From Octopus sinensis (Eukaryota): a stretch of 64,000 bases of DNA. Under the pieces are notes generated by a model that saw only the letters and a program-made list of their open reading frames with translations, ran no database searches and was not told the DNA's origin. The position numbers and the translations under genes were made by a program. The stretch spans positions 123,690,001-123,754,000 of the forward strand of contig NC_043001.1 in the NCBI RefSeq assembly GCF_006345805.1, given 5' to 3'. Shown one piece after another: positions 52,973 through 64,000 of the stretch. Position 1 is the stretch's first letter, and the number at the start of each line of letters is the position of its first letter.

Positions 52973-53267
52973 ATAAAAGGAATTCCAACCTTGTCTGATT
53001 TTCACGTTTTATTTACAATCTTATAATTATATAATATAATATAATATAATATAATAAAATAAAATAAAATAACATAATAGAATGTTAAATGTTCATTCTG
53101 ATTGAACTAGTACTTTCATGCATTAAATTCTGCAATCTTCAGGTTCATGTAGTAGTGGTGACAGTCATGCTTCACAATTTATATTATATATTATATTATC
53201 TATATTAATATCATTATAAGATTGTAAATAAAACGTGAAAATCAGACAAGGTTGGAATTCCTTTTAT
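52973..53267. mobile_element. 295-bp element with perfect 55-bp terminal inverted repeats enclosing an HHR
   Basis: 52973-53027 is the reverse complement of 53213-53267. Confidence 0.88.
53103..53147 (-). ncRNA. minimal type I hammerhead ribozyme motif
   Basis: UGAAC-CUGAAGA-U-UGCA(8 nt)UGCA-U-GAAA-GUAC-UA|GUUCA: 5-bp stem I, intact core, palindromic AGUACU stem III. Confidence 0.8.
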
Positions 53268-53501
53268 AAATATATTCTTCTATGTACAATCACACACACC
53301 CATATATATCTATATCTATATCTATCTATCTATCTATCTATCTATATATATATATATATAGTCAATCCAAACAAGAACAAGCAAGAAAAACAACAACGCA
53401 AGGACGTGGAATATGTACTGTGTTATTGGACGATCAGGAAACATATACATACATATACACATATACACGCGTGTATGCATGTATGCATGCATGTATGTAT
53501 A

Positions 53502-53544
<43 letters not shown>

Positions 53545-53553
53545 GAGATAGAG

Positions 53554-53614
<61 letters not shown>

Positions 53615-54099
53615 TACAAACAGGTACACACATATATAAATATATAACGGGTTTGAATATAATTTTTCTCTTGTAAATTCAAGGCGTCATGCAGTGGGAC
53701 TGAAACGGAAAAAATGTGGCTTACTGAGACAGCCTCTTAACTCTACACAAACACTCCTGTGTTTTATATGTGTGTGTGTGTGTGCGCGCGCCTATGCATT
53801 AATATTAACGTTTGTTTTTTTTTTATGTAAAATAACTCCATAATTCTTAATAAAGTATATGTTTATTAAATTTGAACGTGAAGTTCATCTGTGACTTCGA
53901 AGTCTGTATATTTAATGTAATATAATATGATATATTTCATTATAATGTAGTAGAGTATTGTACTTTTTATAAAGCATTGTTGCAAATATATAAACGTAGT
54001 TTGTAAAATAGAAGTATTGTGTGGTGTTATGTTTTTGCGGTTTAGAACCCCTATCTCAGGAAATTGTTGGAGAAAATGTATTCCTTAACTTCTCTGCGT

Positions 54100-54465
54100 T
54101 GTGGATGTGTGGAAGCACTCCGTCGGTTACGACGACGAGGGTTCCGGTTGATCCGAATCAACGGAACAGCCTGCTCGTGAAATTAACATGTAAGTGACTG
54201 AGCACTCCACAGACACGTGTACCCTTAACGTAGTTCTCGGGGATATTCAGCGTGACACAGAGAGTGACAAGGCCGGCCCTTTGAAGTACAGGTACAACAG
54301 AAACAGGAAGTAAGAGTGAGAGAAATTTGTGGTGAAAGAGTACAACAGGGATCCCCATCATCCCCTGCCGGAGCCTCGTGGAGCTTTTTGGTGTTTTCGC
54401 TCAATAAACACTCACAACGCCCGGTCTGAGAATCGAAACCGCGATCCTATGACCGCGAGTTCGCT
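54100..54465 (-). mobile_element. SINE family C, tail type 2, slightly 5'-truncated
   Basis: Very similar to 13018-13401. Confidence 0.9.
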
Positions 54466-54479
54466 ATGTATGTATTTGA

Positions 54480-55470
54480 ATGTCTCTCAATAGTTACAAA
54501 TTGGTTGCGTGCAACTCCGTTCTATTATTACTTGAGGATGTAGAGACTCTTTATTCTGAAATTCCCAATGTTTCTTTCTGTAGCTTCAAAGAAAGCGGAT
54601 GCCTTGGTACGACATTTCTTCAGATGTTTATTGACGGAAGAAGCATTAGCATGGAGGTTTCCCTCAATTCGTATATGTAATTGTAGAATGGAATTTCCTA
54701 TGTAGAGTTCGTTGCATCTGGTACACGTTATTGTATATACTACTTAAGAGTGCAAACATGTATATACAGTTTTGATCGGAGAGATGGGCAGTGTACATAT
54801 GGTGTTGTTATGGTTTGGCTTGATTTTAGTTAGCGTTCTCCCCAGGGAAGTTCCTGAGTGTGCTATTCGTATATCCAGTCCCTGTTTATGGACCACATGG
54901 GCGACACCAGTAGTTGTTTTTGTTTTTCGCTAAAATGTGGCAGTTTTAGATGAAAAAGAAAGCAAGTTATCCTTTAAAGTGTGGATTCTGTAAGGCGACC
55001 TGGTGACGTCCTGGTGTTTTGTGAAAGGGATATCCATACTCCATAAGGAGCTTCGTGAATTGTATGGTGTCAGGAATTTTGCTTTCAACCTGGCTACATT
55101 TATAGCGTATCCCGTGAATCTCATTTCTAATGTCAGCCATCTTAGGTATGATGGGTAGGGATGAATTAAAATGTACAAATATACCATTGAATATCACTTT
55201 TATGTAAAAGTTATTGGACATGGACCCATTCTGAGTTGTTTTGAATTCAAAATCGGGATGAGATGTGGAACTTGTGTTATCAAGATGCTTCACCTCGATA
55301 TTGCTGAACATATTGTATACGTTTTCAGCCTTCACATAAGATGATGTTAATATGCGAGTATCATCTAGATACGTAGCTAAAAAGGCACAGGAGTTGCAGC
55401 TGATGAGTGCCCTGCATTCTGACCGGTACATGTATGTAATTGCTACAAGGCCTCGCAAGTTTTACCCCAT
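54480..55470 (-). pseudogene. decayed Penelope-like RT + GIY-YIG endonuclease
   Basis: LVAITYM..TYLDDTRIL..FVHFNS.LP..IRNEI..C..YGYP (RT/thumb), then VVYTITCTRCNELYIG..SSVNKHL..RIKESLHI (GIY-YIG). Confidence 0.85.
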
Positions 55471-55864
55471 CCGCAGCACAGAAAAATTGATTCTTAACAG
55501 ATCTTTCTAACTAGAAGGTGTTCCTCATTATACCAGTTAATGTACACACACACACATACATTTGAATTTACAGACAACTGAAATAAGTTCTTAATAACAA
55601 AGTAGATTAACTGTGTACTAAGTTCTCAAATTAGTCTCTGTGTTGCTGTTATAACTGTTATACACGGTTCCTAGCAGATAAAATAATGCAACATAATTGC
55701 GTGATCAGCGAATGTGACAGTGTTTCACGTGTTGTTGACTCCTCCTCGGAGAAGACATACCCTTGTTTCCTTCCCTACTGAATAACCTAGATCAGCTGAT
55801 ATAGTATTATATATATTATATTATTATATATATATATATATATTATATATATATATATATATAT

Positions 55865-57261
55865 AAAATATTATTTGAGACAAAACCACTTTTTTGCAAC
55901 AAACAAGGAAAGACTTAATCAATACATAAAATTTAATAAATAGTCAAAAAAACCGCCACTACAATCGTTTCTTTGTCTTGATCGACAATCTTCAGGTGGA
56001 CTTCCAATCTAAAAATCAAAATTTTAAAATATAAAATATACTTTTTTTAAATAATTAAAGTATAAATGAAAAAATATAAGTATATAATCCATATATAACC
56101 TATATAATATCCATATCGAAAATATAGACTATTACCACGAATTCCCTAAAAAAAACCATGATAAAACAAAACTCTTAAAAACATATAACGATAAATCTCC
56201 CTTTGCTAAACTCTATAACAAACCTATAAAGTAACCCCTAACCTAAACATTCACACACAAATACACACACGTAAACCACAGACTCACGACTTATACACAT
56301 ACCTATACTAACTTATAAACCTCAATATACACCAAAACCCACTCCTCCCCACACAGACAAATTAACACATACATCCCAAAACCTAAATAACAAACCCATA
56401 TACACATTCACACACAAAACACACACTCACACGCAAACACTCACACACAAAAGATACATATACTCCCTCACATATACGCCTATACATACTCACTAAACTC
56501 GACATATACAACAATACTTACACACCCCACAAAAAACATTATATACATTTATGAGCTTTAACTCACCTTAGCATCTCTAACAAACAACTTGCAGTAACCC
56601 AATCCCATTCTCTATGCCTACCTCACTACTACACTATTCCATTCACATTCCAAGCAACGCTAGTCCACCACCACGGTTATTCACGTGGCAAACGAACACC
56701 ACTCAAAAATTATGAATGAAACAATGTAAAAAATAACCAACACCTAAAATAGACAAAATACCACGAATTACCTAAAAAAACCATGATAAACCAAAACTCA
56801 TAAAAGCATATAGGTTATAAGTTAGTATAGTATGTGTATAAGTCGTGAGTCTGTGGTTTACGTGTGTGTATTTGTGTGTGAATGTTTAGGTTAGGGGTTT
56901 ACTTTATAGGTTTGTTATAGAGTTTAGCAAGGGAGATTTATCGTTATATGTTTTTAAGAGTTTTGTTTTATCATGGTTTTTTTAGGGAATTCGTGGTAAT
57001 TAGTCTATATTTTTGATATGGATTATATATAGGTTATATATGGAATTATACTTATATTTTTTCATTTATACTTTAATATTTAAAGTATTATTTTTATATT
57101 TTAAAATTTTGATTTTTTAGATTGGAAGTCCCCTGAAGATTGTCGATCAGACAAGAAACGATTGTAGTGGCGGTTTTTTTGACTATTTATTAAATTTTAT
57201 GTATTGATTAAGTCTTTCCTTGTTTGTTTTGCAAATAGTGGTTTTGTCTCAATAATATTTT
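55865..57261. mobile_element. PLE-type terminal region with a ~450-bp inverted duplication; HHR motif in each arm
   Basis: 55865-56322 is approximately the reverse complement of 56812-57261; a short direct repeat of ~56134-56186 precedes the inversion. Confidence 0.85.
55956..55999 (-). ncRNA. minimal type I hammerhead motif (mirror copy at 57130-57170 +)
   Basis: CCAC-CUGAAGA-UUGUC(GAUCAA)GACAA-A-GAAAC-GAUU-GUA|GUGG. Confidence 0.72.
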
Positions 57262-57347
57262 ATTAATATTTTACTATAAAAATTGGATTAATCCTAAATC
57301 TGATTTTTTTTCCCTGTAATTTGGATATATTCCCTAATATTTATTAT

Positions 57348-57416
<69 letters not shown>

Positions 57417-57905
57417 CGATGTCATAAATTAGGCTAGTAAATGAGAGGACAGTTTAAATTTCCTATTTGAAATTTTCTCAACTACTCATGAATTAAGTAA
57501 TATTTTATGAACTGTGCAGCGAAATCTAAAGAACTGAAATAAATTCAAATATGCCAGTATAAAAACAAGTAAACACTTAAAAAACTGGGAAGTCTGGGGA
57601 AAGGCACAGCTATGTAGATTAGGCTATCCATTAAAATGCGAGTGTAATATATTGGCTAATTTATGTATCAGATTACTGATACTCTTGATTAGGCAAAGAA
57701 CCCTTGTACGTCTTCTGTGAGGAGCGTTCAACAAGCAGTAAAACGGTCCCAAAAGGCACTCATTTTATTTGGACATCACTAGTAATGAAAGCATGTGTTT
57801 AAATTATCATCATTCTCACAGTGAAGGTTCCCAGTTTATATATATATATATAATATATAATATATTATAAGTGTGTTTGTAGGTATATGTGTGTGTGTGT
57901 GTATA

Positions 57906-59131
57906 CAGGAGTTGGACAAAATAATGGAAGCAGCTTAAAATTTCAAACAATTTTTTTGTAATATGGAGCAGGACCGCCTTTGGCAGTAATTACAGCTTGA
58001 ATTCTACGACAAAGTTTGAATAGTTTCCAAAGGACTTTTTGTTCAGTCTTCAGCTAAAACAGTCTCGGTGGAGGATATCGACTCCTTACTTGTTTTCCTA
58101 AAATGCACCATAAATGCTCAATAATATTTAGATCTGGGGACTGTGTTGGCCAGAAAAGATTTTCAACGTCACTAGAATGTTCTTCGTGCCTATCAGTAAC
58201 AACATAGCTGTGTGAATTGGTGCATTATCATCCTGAAAGATTGCGGTTCCTTCCGGAAACGGTTCTGCAACAATAGGATGAATTTGATCAGGTAAAATGC
58301 TAAAACAGTTTTCACCATTAATTCTGCCATGAAGGGAAACCATTGGACTGGCAGATTTCCAAGATATAGTTCACCTCCCAGATCATCACAGATTAACAGT
58401 TTGACAGTTAGAAGAAGGCAGTCTAGGTCAAATGCTTTTTTGGCTGTCCCCACAGGTATACTCGGCTGGTGGTCGAAAATAAGGTAAAGGATGACTCGTC
58501 CGAGAAAATAACATTCTTCCATTGCTCTGGGGACCAATTCTGTAGGTTTTTACTCCACTCTAAATGCTTTGCAACGTTTGTTTTTGAAAGTAGTGGTTTT
58601 CTGATTGCCGTACTCCCGTGAAATCCAACTTTGCGCAGCTTCGGGGAACAGTTATTGTGGAAACTGTGTTCTTGAGGTGGTCATTAAGTTCTGCAGTAGT
58701 TTGGGGAGCTGTACTTTTGTGATCTTTGTAATAATTCGTGTAAGAGTCTGACGTCCCTATCTGAAAGTTCTGCTTTTCTTCCAGGGTTTTGTTTCGACGA
58801 GGAGGTTTTTCACTCTTTCTCAAAGGCTGTCATTACTTTCGGGACAGTACTTCTTGATTCACCAAACATTTCAGTTGTGTTCGTTACGCTATAGGGCCAC
58901 CAACAATTTGACCTCTTTGAAAGTACGATAGGTGTATCATTTTAACGAATTTTAATTACCATTTTCTGGTGATATCTGAAAAGAAACAGCAATTTTAGCA
59001 AAACATATTAAGGGGCACTAATAATAAATTAAAAAAAAACTAAAAATAAAAAATATTTTGACGGTTTCATAGATATTTCAAAATCATGATGCAATTATTC
59101 TAGATGTTTCCATTATTTTGTCCAACCCCTG
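57906..59131 (-). mobile_element. full-length decayed Tc1-like transposon, apparent DD36E
   Basis: TIRs CAGG(A/G)GTTGGACAAAATAATGGAA.CA, TA on both sides; minus-strand remnants ELNDHL..VS, IFSDESSF, FQDDNAPIHTA..WPTQSPDLNIIEHLW. Confidence 0.92.
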
Positions 59132-59299
59132 TATTAATGAATAAATAAGTATAAATACATACAATAATATATAGATATGCTATAGGATCCTATCACTATC
59201 TGCATGGTGAGATGTGCAAATATATATGCGTGTAGGAAGAGAGATGAGCGGAACTACTAAAAAAGGAGGTGGGCTAGGTGGGTAAATTCACACTGGTAG

Positions 59300-59465
59300 A
59301 GGCGTGGCTGTGTGGTAAGTAGCTTGCTAACCAACCACATGGTTCTGGGTTCAATCCCACTGCGTGGCATCTTAGGCAAGTGTCTTCTGCTATAGCCCCG
59401 GGCCGTCCAATGCCTTGTGAGTGGATTTGGTAGACGGAAACTGAAAGAAGCCTGTCGTATATATG

Positions 59466-59496
<31 letters not shown>

Positions 59497-59720
59497 TTGC
59501 GTGTCTGTGTTTGTCTCCCTAGCATTGCTTGACAACCGATGCTGGTATGTGTTTACGTCCCCGTCACTTAGCGGTTCGGCAAAAGAGAACGATAGAATAA
59601 GTATTGAGTCCTGGGCTTACAAAGAATAAGTCCCGGGGTCGATTTGCTCGACTAAAGGCGGTACTGCAGCCTGGCCGCAGTCAAATGACTGAAACAAGTA
59701 AAAGAGTAAAAGAGTAAAGA
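59300..59720 (+). mobile_element. SINE family A
   Basis: Family A consensus. Confidence 0.9.
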
Positions 59721-59974
59721 GTAATTCTTTCCAGCAGATTAAATTCCTCATGCACAGGCTTACATAGATAATACATACATTCATGCATGCATATATACAT
59801 TCATATATATATGCATATAGACATAGATACATACGTATTACGTGATCGACCACATTATCGGATGTTGATATATATCGCTTTAGGTCGATTAACGTTTCGA
59901 ATGATGCCACCCCTCTCGATAGGTGATCAGGTCAACATTCTCTCTGGTTGGAGTCTGGTCCGTAGTAGATTTAC

Positions 59975-60105
59975 CCAATTTACAACTGGGTGAATTGCAG
60001 CACCCTGAAATGAGATGTTTTGCTTAATAATACAACCAGCTCTCGGTCCGGGAATCGAACTCATGATCGCAAGATCGTAAGTGCAACATCCTAACCACGA
60101 GAGCA
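59975..60105 (-). mobile_element. degenerate tRNA-headed CORE-like SINE
   Basis: Minus strand CGTGGTTAGG..GAGTTCGATTCCCGG..CACCCAGTTGTAAATTGGG. Confidence 0.55.
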
Positions 60106-60121
60106 TGTGTATGTGTATATG

Positions 60122-60177
<56 letters not shown>

Positions 60178-60293
60178 CGCGTGCGTGTGAGTGTCTGTGT
60201 GTGTAATATATATAGGTATACAATTCTACATATATATATTATATATATATATATATATAAATATAAATATATATGCATACAAATATTTACCAA

Positions 60294-60335
<42 letters not shown>

Positions 60336-60425
60336 GCACACACCACACATATAGACACACATATACAAATACACTCTCACACACACACATATATTTATAC
60401 ATAAATATACTACATATATATATAA

Positions 60426-60485
<60 letters not shown>

Positions 60486-60859
60486 AGCATGTCACACCAA
60501 CTATATGCTCGTCTTTATCTATCAAATCAAACGCATGCCTCATTGAATTCAATCAGAAGCATACATGCTCGCATACAAGAAACTATTTATTTGCATCAAT
60601 ATATATTTACCATATTAGGCACTGATTTCTTAGTTTCTCTGTTGGCAGCTTATTTTGATTATGTGGAAGACAGGAATTCAGATTAATGCTTTCCAAGGTC
60701 TCGCTATGGAGAGGAATATATTTAATCATTTAATACACATATCCACAAGCATGCATATATGATAACATCACGATATTTGCATTCATTCAGATAGTACTCA
60801 ATCCATATATATCTACATTTAAATATGTGTGTACACGTACTTATATATATATATATTTT

Positions 60860-61044
60860 TTTTTCCTCTGTCTTCCCTTCTCGGGATCTTTCCTTCTCCT
60901 ATGTTTCCGATGAAGAGCTCCGCTCGAAACGTTAAACCCTCCTTCTTCCCTTCTTTCCTGAGCGTCCAATAATACTTTATTTGTTCAACGTCCTCGCGTT
61001 ATTGTGTTTTTTGTTTTTTTATGTTTTCTTGTTTGGATTAACTT

Positions 61045-61045
<1 letters not shown>
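60860..61045 (+). mobile_element. PLE terminal fragment with HHR motif (60903-60937)
   Basis: GUUU-CCGAUGA-A-GAGC-UCC-GCUC-GAAACGUU|AAAC; related piece at ~53360-53450. Confidence 0.75.
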
Positions 61046-61089
<44 letters not shown>

Positions 61090-61093
<4 letters not shown>

Positions 61094-62060
61094 AAAGAAT
61101 TCACAAAAAACAAAAGACGAAGACAGGTGATGTAGACAAGAAACTGATGTATTTAACGCTCGGGAAGTGAAAAAATTCTTTAACGTATCGAGCCTACGCT
61201 GTTCCACAGAAAAGAACACAGAAAGAAACAAGGAGAGAAAATAAAGAATGTGAGGTGGCTAGCGATCTTTCATAACGAATGCCGGACAAACGGGTCACAC
61301 AGGGGAGCTAGGAAAAAGGGGAGATAATAAATAAGTGGTGATCCCAAAACGAAGGTGCGCGTGCATGTGTATAGGAGAGTATTTATATGCGTGAGGAAGA
61401 GGGCTGGTGACCTTGACGTGTGCGTGTGTGTATGTGTATGTGTGTGGATGTGGGGCTGGGAAGTGGTCAGTGCTAGTGTTTGCGTGGTGGTGTGATGTGA
61501 TGTGGTGTAGTGTTTTATGGTGGTATATCGGGTAGTGGTGTGTGGTGTGGTGGTCTTGGGAGGTGGGGGAGGCGAAACTGGGGAAAACAAGGGTGGGGTG
61601 TGCGTCAAGCTGAGGATAGGGGTAGAGGTGGGGTATGCGGGTAGGTATAGAGCAGGGATAGAGGAGGTATATGGATGTGAGGGTTGGGATAGAGTGGAAT
61701 GGGATGGATAGGGAAGGTGGGGTTGGATTGTGTAGGGGTAGGGTGAATTACGAGAGAGGGGTGACGATGAAGGGGAAGGGAGAAGGTGGGTAGGAGTGAA
61801 AAGAAGTAGGAGCCGGAGCAAGAGCGGAGAGGTGGGTGGGAGGAAGTAGGTGTGAGGGTGGGAGAATAGAGGGGAGGAGAGTTGAGCCCATTTGGCACAA
61901 ATGAGCGAAGAGAAGATTAATACCTGTTCACGGCGCAAATGGGAGTCAGGATCTCCCCTGTGCAAGGATAATCCGAACGCAGACAGGTGTTGCAAAGAGT
62001 AACCGGTAGAGCGGAAATGGCGTGTCTGTGTGTTTGTGCATGTAGGCGTTCCGTCTGTAA
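61090..62060 (-). mobile_element. Penelope-like 3' fragment: GIY-YIG C-terminus, pyrimidine-rich UTR, terminal repeat
   Basis: RHFRSTGYSLQHLSAFGLSLHRGDPDSHLRREQVLIF.. then 'GLNS' in another frame, matching the PLE 'HF...H....R..RE..LIF.L....P.GLN' ending. Confidence 0.82.
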
Positions 62061-62720
62061 TGGTCAAGACCATGACTAACATAATACCATCAATTTGGGA
62101 AAGGGTTTTAAATCATATGATATTTAGAAAATCAGTATGCCAGTGGAATAGGAAGTTGTTCTTGCCGAAACTTATAAAGGTGCTGATGGTTTATGTAGTA
62201 GCTCTTGGAGGATTCCGCCTCGGGGCAGTTTGAAAATTAAAGAACATTTTCCTTTCCTTATAACCTTTAAATTTAAATGTACAAAGCCAGTTGAGGCTAA
62301 AACATGATTTTTGTAAGTCGTACATGATAAGGGGTCCTGCCCTTGTATAACATTTCAAACGGATCCTACCATAATTTTGAAAACATTGTTAGGTTGTTTT
62401 CTATATTGTACAAATGATTTAGAATCCATTGTACTGTTGGGGAGAAAGACTGGTCGGTTTGAAACCATCTCAATTACAAAGGCTCTGAAATGCATTGTGA
62501 AGTACCGAATCCGAAACATGCTATTACAAAGTGGCCGAAGAAAAGTTATCTATAAGAAGTACTGCATTACTATACACATTAAAGATGGAACAGAATTATT
62601 TAGCTCAGAAGAATCCTGGCAAACAAGTATTGTGATACATAATGCTTGTACACGTCAACTTCTTGCAAACTAGACTCGCGAAATTGCTTCGTCAGCAATC
62701 TTATGTTCATAAAGAATGAC
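62060..62720 (-). mobile_element. probable decayed PLE ORF linker fragment
   Basis: Minus frames ..RKQPNNVFKIM....TFKFKG resemble the PLE thumb-to-endonuclease linker. Confidence 0.35.
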
Positions 62721-63284
62721 GTTCACTGTGAATATTATAATATAGGGGATATATGCAGGGGAGAAATATGTATTCTAAATTTACATATTTGAGATCTCAT
62801 ATACACAATATGTAATATAATGATTTAAAACCTTTTAAATTAACTTAGGCTTGCATTTAATGCAAAATACAAACACATCAAGTTCTGTTTAAAACATAGA
62901 CATCAAGTAAAGTGTAGGCCTAAGGATGTGAAGTGAGATAACCGGAACCAAGCCTTTTATATAACAATGCCAACGATGGAGGTAGGATTAAATCTGTCTT
63001 TAGAACCAGCTGCTGAAAGCAGCTGCCAGTTTTCATTTTCCCTAGAAATTTTATGCGAAGAGTATTCAAGTTAGTTGTGAAGATAAAATGCAAATAATGT
63101 GCATATGTCTGTGTATGTGTACACGCGTGCACACAAACATGCACGCACACACACACGCGCTCACACACACACGCAGTGGAAAGGTAGGTGGTAATTATAT
63201 ATATATGTATCTACAATATCTCTTGAAAGTATCCCCGAAGAGCAATGCACACGCTAAATACAAATACAGTCATGGTTCATGTAT

Positions 63285-63508
63285 CTACTTCTTTACTACC
63301 CACAAGGGGCTAAACACAGAGGGGACAAACAAGGACAGACAAACGGATTAAGTCAATTATATCGACCCCAGTGCGTAACTGGTACTTATTTAATCGACTC
63401 CGAAAGGATGAAAGGCAAAGTCGACCTCGGCGGAATTTGAACTCAGAATGTAACGGCAGACGAAATACGGTTACGCATTTCGCCCGGCGTGCTAACGTTT
63501 CTGCCAGC
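63285..63508 (-). mobile_element. SINE family B, good copy
   Basis: Matches 24715-24937 and 30970-31210. Confidence 0.92.
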
Positions 63509-64000
63509 ATAAAGAGGTAGAAACTTTGATTAAGCAGATATCATTCAGGGAACAATTATAAAATGATGAATTTAAAAGGTAAAACAATCAGACAAGGGAG
63601 ATAACTCTAATAGCGACAGCTCAACGACATTTTTGGTGAAATTTAAACAGTGGGGGGGGGGGGAGATCTAGTTTCCGTACATAACTACCTTCTATTATTT
63701 TTCAAAACTTTCGACGAGTTTCTCTCGTTGCAGCTATCCGTTTTTCTTATTAGCTTTTAGATTTTACATACGCCGAGAGGGAAAGTTTGCTTATAAATTG
63801 CATGAAGAATCCCTCTTAGTCGAAGTTTTCAAAATCACTATGTTACATATGTATGACTACTTTGTATATGTGTGTTTGTCTGTATGTGTGTGTTTGCTTG
63901 TGTGTGTATGCCTGAGTGTACTTGGAGTGCGTGTTTTTGTGTGTGTATTTTTTTAGTTATGTACCTGTGTGTGCGTCTATGTATAATTTTACGTACTCAT

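Noticed and set aside
61270-62082. 270-aa ORF as a host gene
   Set aside because: Only a short part matches the PLE GIY-YIG C-terminus; the rest is Pro/Thr/His-rich translation of low-complexity UTR.

Overview
AT-rich, microsatellite-saturated animal genomic DNA with no convincing host protein-coding exon. The SINE, microsatellite and Penelope content points to a coleoid cephalopod, probably Octopus (inference). Nearly all explicable sequence is mobile DNA: three tRNA-headed SINE families plus a CORE-like one; three IS630-Tc1-mariner lineages (DD34D mariner, DD37D maT, apparent DD36E) and a MITE; two small Helitron-type elements; a decayed R4/Dong-like RLE LINE; a possible Gypsy remnant; and many Penelope-like element (PLE) fragments. 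The main structure the ORF track does not show is a set of minimal type I hammerhead-ribozyme (HHR) motifs from several unrelated PLE-type repeats. One is a ~545-bp head-to-tail repeat with one HHR per unit (retrozyme-like) that ends in a fold-back. Also notable: a perfect 203-bp-arm palindrome inside a dead LINE, a 249-bp hairpin-bearing satellite split by a SINE, and a four-copy GACTC-N6-GAGTC/AP-1-like array. Coordinates were read by eye (a few nt error, more for decayed elements). Some fold-backs and tandem copies could be long-read assembly artefacts.
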